This document shows, piece by piece, positions 18,229 through 25,297 of a stretch of DNA of 32,000 nt; the stretch's first letter is position 1; each line of letters opens with the position of its first letter. Origin of the DNA: Erysipelotrichaceae bacterium MTC7 (GTDB lineage Bacteria > Bacillota_I > Bacilli_A > Erysipelotrichales > Erysipelotrichaceae). The position numbers and the translations under genes were made by a program. Location: positions 30,001-62,000 of the forward strand of contig LVZN01000067.1 of the NCBI GenBank assembly GCA_001695645.1, given 5' to 3'. The notes under the pieces are model-generated. The model was not told the DNA's origin, did no database searches, and was given only the letters and a program-made list of their open reading frames with translations.

Positions 18229-19693
18229 ATTGACGCCATGTTGTAGGTGAAAATAGCAACAACATAGGAATGATTTCAAGACGACCTGCTAACATATCAA
18301 AAGTCATCGTTAACTTAGAAAGCATGGAGAAACCCGCAAAACTTTCAACCGGACCAGCCATATTCATACCTGGACCGATGTTGTTGAAGGTAGCATTTAC
18401 AGCACTAAAGGTAGACATCAAATCAAAATTATCCAATGATACAATGAGTACGGATATGCCCATAATGATAATGTATAGTACGAGATAACTCTTTGTACTT
18501 GCTACGACATCATTTTCGATGAGTTTTCCATCCATTTGTACAACTTGAACACGTCGTGGTGAAATGAAGTTTCTTAGTTGGTTAAGTGCATTCTTGCAGA
18601 TAATAACCAAACGTTGGATTTTAAATCCACCACCAGTTGAACCGGCCATAGCTCCGACTAGCATCAAACCTAATAAGATTAACTGTGAGAACATCGGCCA
18701 TTGGTTATAGTCCACGGTTGTATAACCTGTGGTTGTAATGATACTTCCGACTTGGAAACTACTTTGCAGTATCGTATCCCAAAGGTTTCCAACTTGTCCA
18801 TAAATGTTTAATGAAATCAAAACAATAGCGACTATAATGATGCCTAGATACGCGCGGAGTTCTTCGGATTTACATGCTGATTTAAAGCGTCGTAATAAAA
18901 GCAAATAGTAAATGTTAAAGTTAATCCCAAAGGCAATCATTCCAATGGTAAGAATTACTTGAATTTGTGGGCTATAAATCCCAGCCCCAGCACTACTGAC
19001 TGAGAAACCACCAGTACCAGCTGTTCCTAACCCCATGGTAATGGCGTCGTAGATTGGCATTCCAGCAATAATTAGTACGACAATGAGCACAACTGTCATC
19101 ACAAAGTAAATTCCATAGAGAATCCGTGCAGTATCCTTAATTCGTGGTACCAATTTTCCAACACTTGGACCAGGAGATTCAGCACGCATCACATGAATCG
19201 TATTTCCTTGTTGGTTACTTTCAATGGGTAAGATGGTTAAGACAAAAACTAAAACTCCCATTCCACCAATCCAGTGTGAGAAACTTCGCCACAGGATGGT
19301 CGCCTTACTCAACACATCGGGATTGGGAACAATACTTGCTCCTGTTGTGGTAAAACCAGATACGATTTCAAACAGGGCATCGTGCACTTGTGGTATTTCA
19401 CCAGTTAGAATAAAAGGCAGCATACCAAAAGCTGATAAGACAATCCAACTTAAAGCAACAACTAAGAAACCTTCTTTTGCCCGAAAACTTCGCGTTTTCG
19501 GTTTATGTAAAGTCAGGATATAACCTAAAATAAAGGTAACGATGGCAACTCCTAAATAAACATAAGCTGCATCTTCTTGGTAGTAAAATCCAGTTAGGAC
19601 AGGAAATAGCATACAAGCTGCTTCAATTTTTAGTACCCATCCTAAGATAAAACGTAATTTTGAATTTCTCATATTAGCCAACCAAGATATCAT
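18227..19693 (-). CDS. trkH: TrkH/KtrB-family potassium uptake membrane subunit
   Basis: Polytopic, with repeated selectivity-filter-like GFTTTG / TAGTGG / TTTGYT / NNIGPG loops. The alternative start ATG 19672 lies 1 nt after the trkA stop. Confidence 0.9.
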   Translation of the reverse strand: MISWLANMRNSKLRFILGWVLKIEAACMLFPVLTGFYYQEDAAYVYLGVAIVTFILGYILTLHKPKTRSFRAKEGFLVVALSWIVLSAFGMLPFILTGEIPQVHDALFEIVSGFTTTGASIVPNPDVLSKATILWRSFSHWIGGMGVLVFVLTILPIESNQQGNTIHVMRAESPGPSVGKLVPRIKDTARILYGIYFVMTVVLIVVLIIAGMPIYDAITMGLGTAGTGGFSVSSAGAGIYSPQIQVILTIGMIAFGINFNIYYLLLLRRFKSACKSEELRAYLGIIIVAIVLISLNIYGQVGNLWDTILQSSFQVGSIITTTGYTTVDYNQWPMFSQLILLGLMLVGAMAGSTGGGFKIQRLVIICKNALNQLRNFISPRRVQVVQMDGKLIENDVVASTKSYLVLYIIIMGISVLIVSLDNFDLMSTFSAVNATFNNIGPGMNMAGPVESFAGFSMLSKLTMTFDMLAGRLEIIPMLLLFSPTTWRQ

Positions 19694-21035
19694 TCAAATC
19701 TTTAAGGCCACGAGCAAGTGTAATCACAATGACATGGTCGTTAGGTAATAAGACATCATTACCTTTTGGAATGATAATTTTTCCTTTCCGGTTAATACAA
19801 GAGATTAGTAAATGATCTTTCGTTTTTAAATTGATTAGTGGAATGTTGGTAATTCCACAGGTTTCACCAACATGAAATTCCAAGACTTCCACTTTTCCAT
19901 CAATAATTCTTGAGAATGTTTCAACCGCACTACCCAATGGATTTTGTAGAGACCGTACATAGCGAATGATGCTATAAGAGGTTAATAGTTTTGGATTGAT
20001 GATACTACCAATTGGTAATTCACAAATGATGCTATCAAAGGTTGAACGTTTAACTTTTGTGACAACCTTTTTGATGGTTGGAATGTTTTGCGCATACATG
20101 CTTAACATGATGTTTTCTTCATCAATTCCGGTTAATGTCACCATCGCTTCATGTTCGAGCAAACCTTCTTCTTCAAGTAGATTTTGTTCAGTTGCATCAC
20201 CACAAATCACGTTTGCTTTTGGTAGGAGGGTAGATAGTTCTACACAACGTTCATGTTTTGCTTCAATGATACTCACATCAACCCCTTTTTCAAGGAGTTG
20301 TTTTGCTAAATAGTGACAGATCATACTTCCACCAACAAGCATGACATTTTTGGCAGGTTTAATTCCTGCACCAATTCCATAGAAGAATTTACTTGTATAT
20401 TTTGGAGTTGCAAGAACATAGATGATATCCCCACTTTGAATTGTGACAGTTCCATCAGGGATGATGACATCATCTTTGCGTTCAATTGCACAAATAAGAT
20501 AATCACCAAGTCGTTTTTTTCCTAGCTCGATTAAACTCAAACCAACGAGTGGGGAGTTCTTTGGAATCGGATATTGTACAATTTCTGCTTTACCACGTGA
20601 GAATGTATCAATCTTTGTGGCACTTGGAAAACGCAAAATCCGTAAGATTTCTTTACTTGCTGTATATTCTGGATTGATAATCATGGATAAACCTATCGCA
20701 TCCTTGATATGTTCCTCTTCTTTTTTATAGATTGGATTTCGAACACGTGCAATCGTGTTGATGTTTCTCCCTTTTTTTGCCATAACACAACACAGCAAAT
20801 TCAATTCATCAACATTTGTTACTGCAACAAACATGTCACAGTTTTCGATACCCGCTTCTTGTTGGATGTTATAACTTCCTGCGTGTCCAACAACCCCTAG
20901 TACATCTAAGTCCGTACAAGCAGTTTCTAAAGCATCTTTACGTTGATCGATCAAGGTGATGTCATGACCTTCCTCACGTAATACCTTTGCGATGGAGTAC
21001 CCTACACTCCCGCAACCAGCAACAATAATATTCAT
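19674..21035 (-). CDS. trkA: TrkA potassium uptake protein (tandem RCK/NAD-binding domains)
   Basis: MNIIVAGCGSVGYS and VMLVGGSMICHYLA are two Rossmann GxGxxG motifs. 453 aa. SD GAGAGGG is upstream. Confidence 0.92.
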   Translation of the reverse strand: MNIIVAGCGSVGYSIAKVLREEGHDITLIDQRKDALETACTDLDVLGVVGHAGSYNIQQEAGIENCDMFVAVTNVDELNLLCCVMAKKGRNINTIARVRNPIYKKEEEHIKDAIGLSMIINPEYTASKEILRILRFPSATKIDTFSRGKAEIVQYPIPKNSPLVGLSLIELGKKRLGDYLICAIERKDDVIIPDGTVTIQSGDIIYVLATPKYTSKFFYGIGAGIKPAKNVMLVGGSMICHYLAKQLLEKGVDVSIIEAKHERCVELSTLLPKANVICGDATEQNLLEEEGLLEHEAMVTLTGIDEENIMLSMYAQNIPTIKKVVTKVKRSTFDSIICELPIGSIINPKLLTSYSIIRYVRSLQNPLGSAVETFSRIIDGKVEVLEFHVGETCGITNIPLINLKTKDHLLISCINRKGKIIIPKGNDVLLPNDHVIVITLARGLKDLNDILVG

Positions 21036-21065
21036 ATAAACCCTCTCTTATAAAGTATTGAAATC

Positions 21066-21094
21066 ATCATAGCACTTCTACTTCGTGCTTTCAA
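21066..21094 (-). promoter_or_regulatory. trkA-trkH promoter (TTGAAA-17 nt-TATGAT on the minus strand)
   Basis: The reverse complement of 21089-21094 is TTGAAA and that of 21066-21071 is TATGAT. The leader is only about 25 nt. Confidence 0.55.
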
Positions 21095-21163
21095 TGATAT
21101 GTGAACGTTTTACCTATACATATAGTATATAGGAGTGTTTTTCATTATTAAGCCCATTTGCAT

Positions 21164-21190
21164 GAAAAAAGCCAAGACGTTTATCTTGAC
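21164..21190 (-). terminator. Intrinsic terminator of the dehydrogenase gene
   Basis: The minus strand reads CAAGAT-aaac-GTCTTG followed by GCTTTTTTC, immediately after the stop. Confidence 0.55.
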
Positions 21191-22039
21191 TTACTTTGTT
21201 TCATAATATTTGATTAGAGCTTGTGTTCCTTCATCTTCAAAACCTGCTTTAGCAAGGCTCTCATACATATGGCATACCGTATTCAACACCTCTAAGTTCA
21301 TATTTGCTAGACGTGCTTCATCACGTGCGATATTCATATCTTTGATGAAATGTTTGATGTAAAAGCCAGGAGCAAAGTCTTCTTTTAAAGCTTTCGGACC
21401 ATTGTTGTCAAGCTGCCAACTTTGCGCACTACCTTTGGTGATTGCCGCAAATACTTTTTCTGGATCAAGCCCTTGTTTTTTCATATAGGTAATGGTTTCC
21501 GCAACGCCACTGATTGCACCTGCGATGGCAATTTGATTGCACATCTTACAGTGTTGTCCAGCACCATGCTCGCCAATTCGGTTGATGGTAGCTCCCATCA
21601 CTTCAAAAATAGGTAAGGCAGCTTGGTAGGTTGCTTCATCTCCACCAACCATAATGGTTAATTTCCCGGATTTCGCATACACATCACTTCCTGAGACAGG
21701 AGCGTCAAGGACGCCGTGTTTTGTTGTTGCATTTGCAATCTTCTTAGCTAAATCTGGTGAAGATGTGGTCATATCAATTAAGATTGCACCTTCTTTTGCA
21801 TAATCTAAAATTCCATCGTTAAAATACACTTCTTCAACATCACTAGGATATCCAACCATCGTAATAACAACATCACAATGCTCAACACACTCTTTAATTG
21901 TTGTAAATTTGAATGGAGTGTCGATATCCTTCATTCTTTCATACGTACGATTGTAAGTATGTACTTCATAACCGGCTTGCAATAGGTTTGCAATCATCGC
22001 TTTACCCATAACACCAGTTCCAATCCATGCTATTTTCAT
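21191..22039 (-). CDS. NAD(P)-dependent oxidoreductase of the 3-hydroxyisobutyrate dehydrogenase (HIBADH/GarR) family
   Basis: MKIAWIGTGVMGKAMIANL (Rossmann), DAPVSG and KDMNIA motifs typical of beta-hydroxyacid dehydrogenases. 282 aa. Confidence 0.88.
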   Translation of the reverse strand: MKIAWIGTGVMGKAMIANLLQAGYEVHTYNRTYERMKDIDTPFKFTTIKECVEHCDVVITMVGYPSDVEEVYFNDGILDYAKEGAILIDMTTSSPDLAKKIANATTKHGVLDAPVSGSDVYAKSGKLTIMVGGDEATYQAALPIFEVMGATINRIGEHGAGQHCKMCNQIAIAGAISGVAETITYMKKQGLDPEKVFAAITKGSAQSWQLDNNGPKALKEDFAPGFYIKHFIKDMNIARDEARLANMNLEVLNTVCHMYESLAKAGFEDEGTQALIKYYETK

Positions 22040-22112
22040 AATGTTTCACCTCATAGTCATTATATGCTTATTTACGGTTGAAGAAAACCGTGAATGTGCA
22101 GTTTTACTTACT

Positions 22113-22535
22113 TCAACGACCGCGATGTTTTGCTTTTTTCTTTAGTTGTCGCAGTTCAAATTGCATTTGTTTCTTATTTTGCTTTACTATTTTTTTGTTT
22201 TGCTTTTTTTGTTGTAAACGTGCTTCTTGTTGCAACTTGAGAGCTTGTTGGGCTTTTGTGCCAACTCCATTTTGCTTCATTTGTTTTCTTACTTGTCGTT
22301 GCATTCTTTTAGGATTAACTTTTGATGGTGATTGGGTTGTCATCTGAACTTGTGGGCTGAAGGAAAGGGAATACCAATGTTCAAATAGATAGGCATACAC
22401 TTCATAATCCTTTGGTTCAGCACCAAATGTAATTTTGCATACTTCCATTACGCCATCGATGGTCCGCTCATAAATTCCAATCCAATATGGAGCATCGAAT
22501 ACAACTTGCAAGCAACTGTGTGTTTTTTGCATCAT
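22113..22535 (-). CDS. yjdF: YjdF-family protein (DUF2992)
   Basis: The start was trimmed from the track's 22664 to the ATGATG at 22535/22532, downstream of AAGGAGG. The translation has an N-terminal beta-rich domain (VVFDAPYWIGIYERTIDG...FGAEPKDYEV) and a K/Q-rich tail ending KKKAKHRGR. This matches my recollection of B. subtilis YjdF. Confidence 0.7.
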   Translation of the reverse strand: MMQKTHSCLQVVFDAPYWIGIYERTIDGVMEVCKITFGAEPKDYEVYAYLFEHWYSLSFSPQVQMTTQSPSKVNPKRMQRQVRKQMKQNGVGTKAQQALKLQQEARLQQKKQNKKIVKQNKKQMQFELRQLKKKAKHRGR

Positions 22536-22646
22536 AAAACCTCCTTGATTTTTCAACACAAAGATTGGACAGCCAAGGAGGCAGGTTACTGACAGATATT
22601 GCTGCACCCGGACTACCAGCCGGGTCGTGTTTCTATCTTTGTTGCT
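22536..22646 (-). ncRNA. Structured 5' leader; candidate yjdF-class (azaaromatic) riboswitch with an anti-SD
   Basis: The leader of about 110 nt starts at the predicted TSS. It contains the hairpin ACCCGG-cugguag-uCCGGGU. An enclosing helix pairs CAACAAAGAU (22644-22635) with AUCUUUGuGUUG (22565-22554). CCUCCUUG (22581-22574) is an exact complement of the SD CAAGGAGG (22547-22540). Confidence 0.5.
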
Positions 22647-22652
22647 ACATAA

Positions 22653-22681
22653 ATTGTAACGCATCTACATAGGCATTTCAA
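22653..22681 (-). promoter_or_regulatory. Promoter of the yjdF leader (TTGAAA-17 nt-TACAAT on the minus strand)
   Basis: The reverse complement of 22676-22681 is TTGAAA and that of 22653-22658 is TACAAT, with a 17-nt spacer. Confidence 0.65.
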
Positions 22682-22802
22682 TAAATGGTATGTCATATAA
22701 GTAGACAAAGTTTCAATTTGTTCTTATAATTTTTCTAAAATATTTCCTTTTCATTCATTTACATTTCACAAACATTTGGCATAGTATAGGCGGAGGTACA
22801 AA

Positions 22803-23783
22803 ATGGAAAATTTTAATCAAAACGATGAGTTTACAAATAATACTAACAATACGAATCATTCAAACGAAAATGAAAGTCGTGGGGAAATGAATAACTATGG
22901 ATATACACCACACCAAGATGATCAATTTAATCGTTACACTTGGAATGGACAAGATGGCAGTGGTCGACAACAAGCAAATTATCAACAACCCCCACAAAAA
23001 CCAAAACCAAAAGTATGGCGTTATGTAGTGATTGCACTTGCGGTATTTGCTTTAGCAACTGGTGGTGCATTTGCAGGTGTGAGTATTGCAAACCACTTTA
23101 ACGACACCAAGGATAGTGGAATCACACTCGTAAAATCTGAAAACACATCAAAAAATGAAACAGACCTTACCAAAGTTATTGCAAAAGCAAGTACAAGTGT
23201 TGTGGAAATTACAACAGAAGTCGTTTCAAAACATCCATTTTATGGAAACTATGTTACTGAAGGAGCTGGATCAGGTGTCATCCTAAGTGAAGATGGATAC
23301 ATTGTGACAAACTACCATGTAATTAGTAATGCTAGTTCATGTACGGTTCGTTTAAGTGATGGAACCGAATATAAAGCAACTTATATTGGTGGATCAGAAA
23401 CCGATGATGTTGCCGTAGTGAAAATTGATGCAACTGGTTTAACACCAGCCGTACTTGGTGATAGTGATAAACTGGTTACTGGTGAGAATGTTCTTGCCAT
23501 AGGAAATCCATTGGGGGAACTTGGTGGAACAGTAACCGAAGGAATCTTAAGTTCTACATCACGCACCATGAATGTAGATGGTGTACAAATGGAATTGTTG
23601 CAAACAAGTGCAGCGATTAACCCAGGTAACTCAGGTGGTGGATTGTTTAACGCAAGAGGTGAATTGATAGGTATTGTTACGCTTAAAAAAGCCGGAGATG
23701 AAATTGAAGGTTTAGGGTTTGCGATTCCTGTGAATAAAGTCGTAGAAACAATCAACAAAGTAGTTGACTCAAGCAAGTTCTAA
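22803..23783 (+). CDS. HtrA/DegP-like S1C serine protease, membrane-anchored, without a recognisable PDZ domain
   Basis: Catalytic triad contexts VTNYHVI (His), DDVAVVKI (Asp) and GNSGGGLF (Ser). The N-terminus is N/Q-rich and followed by a TM helix (WRYVVIALAVFALATGGAFAGV). Only about 55 aa follow the catalytic Ser. Confidence 0.88.
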   Translation: MENFNQNDEFTNNTNNTNHSNENESRGEMNNYGYTPHQDDQFNRYTWNGQDGSGRQQANYQQPPQKPKPKVWRYVVIALAVFALATGGAFAGVSIANHFNDTKDSGITLVKSENTSKNETDLTKVIAKASTSVVEITTEVVSKHPFYGNYVTEGAGSGVILSEDGYIVTNYHVISNASSCTVRLSDGTEYKATYIGGSETDDVAVVKIDATGLTPAVLGDSDKLVTGENVLAIGNPLGELGGTVTEGILSSTSRTMNVDGVQMELLQTSAAINPGNSGGGLFNARGELIGIVTLKKAGDEIEGLGFAIPVNKVVETINKVVDSSKF

Positions 23784-23874
23784 TGCTATTATGAACTAGG
23801 TTTAATTCTAGGTTTTTGGATACTCCAACCATCTACTTGGAACTGAACGACAATGACAATAGGAGGAACATAAA

Positions 23875-24141
23875 ATGTTATTAAAATCAGAAAAACAAGC
23901 AATTATGAAAGAATACGCAACAAAAGAAGGAGATACAGGTTCTCCAGAAGTACAAGTTGCTGTATTAACAGAAGAAATCAACCGTTTAACAGACCACATG
24001 AAAGAACACAAACATGACTTTCATTCACAACGTGGACTTATGCAAAAAGTTGGTAGACGTCGTAACTTACTTAAATACTTAAAAAACAAAGACTTACAAC
24101 GTTACACTACATTGATTGGACGTTTAGGATTACGTAAATAA
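23875..24141 (+). CDS. rpsO: 30S ribosomal protein S15
   Basis: 88 aa ([51 protein letters not shown]). SD AGGAGG is upstream. Confidence 0.97.
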   Translation: MLLKSEKQAIMKEYATKEGDTGSPEVQVAVLTEEINRLTDHMKEHKHDFHSQRGLMQKVGRRRNLLKYLKNKDLQRYTTLIGRLGLRK

Positions 24142-24148
24142 TTCAACT

Positions 24149-24178
24149 AAACTGGAATTCGTTCCAGTTTTTATTTTG
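24149..24178 (+). terminator. rpsO intrinsic terminator
   Basis: AACTGGAA-ttcg-TTCCAGTT is a perfect 8-bp stem followed by TTTTATTTT. Confidence 0.85.
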
Positions 24179-24302
24179 CATAGAGTTTACGTTTTCCAAT
24201 TTAGATCACATAGGATACAAAGACACTCGATAAGACAAAGAATATGACATCTGTAATACGTTTATAGTGTAATAGAGATGCCAATATACCCAATAGCGTA
24301 TA

Positions 24303-24330
24303 GATACTACTAAGCAGTAGTGTCTTTTTT
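24303..24330 (+). terminator. Second terminator-like hairpin plus T-run on the plus strand, inside the agrB remnant
   Basis: GATACTACT-aagc-AGTAGTGTC is a 9-bp stem with one G-U pair, followed by T6. No plus-strand gene is seen between it and the rpsO terminator. Confidence 0.35.
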
Positions 24331-24332
24331 GT

Positions 24333-24752
24333 TTAATAGGTTTTTTCACTTTTAGAGAGTATTATATTTTTAAATGTAACAGCTTTGTATTTGTACAAAC
24401 TAGTAAAGATTACTGCATACACCATCAACAAAGTAAAGGGATGTAGTTCCAAATAGTTACTACCTGCTCCACAAATAAGTGCATTGACTAAAGAGAAGAG
24501 TAAACACGTATATTTGTTTTTGAAATGGAATCCACCCATGTTTGTTCGCAAAGAGAATGGGAAAAGTTCAAATAGCACACTTGCACTAAAAATATCCAAT
24601 AGAAAGGATAGTAAGGCCAAAAGCACTAAGAAAACACTATAGGAGCGTAAAACAATTAGACTGTATGCAAAGAGAACAGCATCATAGTGACCTACGGTGT
24701 TTGCGAACAAATGTTGAATAACTTCTATGGGAATACATTTTCTTTTATGCAT
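24333..24752 (-). CDS. agrB: AgrB-family (accessory gene regulator B, AIP-processing peptidase) protein, apparently truncated by an in-frame TAA
   Basis: The motif LRTNMGGFHFKNKYTCLLFS places His76 and Cys83 with the same 7-residue spacing as the catalytic His77/Cys84 of S. aureus AgrB. The protein is multi-TM. The ORF is only 139 codons, but the frame stays open for 43 more hydrophobic codons after the TAA (to 24204). Confidence 0.65.
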   Translation of the reverse strand: MHKRKCIPIEVIQHLFANTVGHYDAVLFAYSLIVLRSYSVFLVLLALLSFLLDIFSASVLFELFPFSLRTNMGGFHFKNKYTCLLFSLVNALICGAGSNYLELHPFTLLMVYAVIFTSLYKYKAVTFKNIILSKSEKTY

Positions 24753-25170
24753 GGCTTGTTACATTCCTTTAATTCGCTAACGGGTTTGTTGCATAAAGGT
24801 GAAAGCAAAGCCGCATTAGAAGAAGCGAAGCAAATCACGACACAGTTTGTAAAAAATTCAACATCCTCCATTCAAATTTTTATATTTGGAATATTATTAT
24901 TGTTTCGAAAATGGATTTCATACAATCAAAGAATATTGAGAACGAAAAATGTTTGGGATTTACGTATTTTATTTCCTTTCTTCGGAAACAGCATTTGCAT
25001 TTTTTGATACATTATTCTCTATCACAATTGAAGCATCTCTACCAGATGACAACAGGCGGATTATTATTGAGAAAACCAAGCAATTTACTTTTATGTGAAG
25101 ATTATCCCATTTCTACTTCTACTACTATCATAATTTATTTTTTTGAAAAAACTAGGGGTAGTGGACAAGA

Positions 25171-25230
25171 TACAGTAAAATCGGACAAAATATATAAAAA
25201 TCGACAAAAAACGCAAAAAAATGCGAAAAT
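25171..25230. repeat. Six helically phased A-tracts (about 10-bp period), predicted intrinsically curved DNA
   Basis: Reading in 10-nt steps gives tacagtAAAA / tcggacAAAA / tatatAAAAA / tcgacAAAAA / acgcAAAAAA / atgcgAAAAt. It includes the near-repeat AAAATCGGACAAAA / AAAATCGACAAAAA. The tract lies 70-125 bp upstream of ATG 25298. Confidence 0.7.
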
Positions 25231-25297
25231 CATCCGTTTTCTATTCCTTTTTCTATCCGATAAGTTAAAATGAAATAATACTTAAAGGGGTACTTAC

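Noticed and set aside
21036-21163. Possible c-di-AMP (ydaO/kimA-class) riboswitch upstream of trkA, since such elements often control K+ transporters.
   Set aside because: The best promoter (TTGAAA-17 nt-TATGAT, 21066-21094) leaves only a leader of about 25 nt. The remaining ~70 nt upstream shows no extended pseudo-symmetric structure. Only a 5-bp dyad (AGCAC...GTGCT) is present in the promoter spacer.
22536-22664. N-terminal 43-codon extension of the yjdF ORF (MRYNLCSNKDRNTTRLVV...).
   Set aside because: It covers the promoter-proximal structured leader. AAGGAGG plus ATGATG at 22535 gives a protein that starts at the conserved domain.
23784-23874. Possible terminator or S15-binding autoregulatory leader between the htrA-like gene and rpsO.
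   Set aside because: Only a weak CTAG-based hairpin (AACTAG...CTAGGTT) is visible. I cannot recognise a three-way junction or pseudoknot by eye. It needs an Rfam S15-leader search.
24180-24210. Direct repeats flanking the rpsO-pnp island as att-like sites (left 24180-24210 versus right 28675-28800).
   Set aside because: Only trivial AT-rich matches were seen (e.g. AATTTAGA, ACGTTTT), which is not above chance in DNA of this composition. An empty-site comparison would be needed.
24725-24871. 48-codon minus-strand ORF (MEDVEFFTNCVVICFASSNAALLSPLCNKPVSELKECNKPCIKENVFP) overlapping the agrB start, considered as a possible AgrD autoinducing-peptide precursor.
   Set aside because: It lies upstream of agrB rather than downstream, has no SD, and lacks the acidic, proline-containing C-terminal recognition tail typical of AgrD. 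It is also antisense to another chance ORF (24687..25007). It is not excluded, but it is unsupported. An AgrD HMM search and conservation analysis would settle it.
24687-25273. Plus-strand ORFs 24687..25007 (106 aa) and 24911..25273 (120 aa) in the gap between agrB and the HD-GNAT gene.
   Set aside because: They are low-complexity, AT-driven translations with no SD or recognisable motif. The first overlaps agrB antisense and the second runs through the phased A-tract region. I treated the interval as non-coding or decayed DNA.
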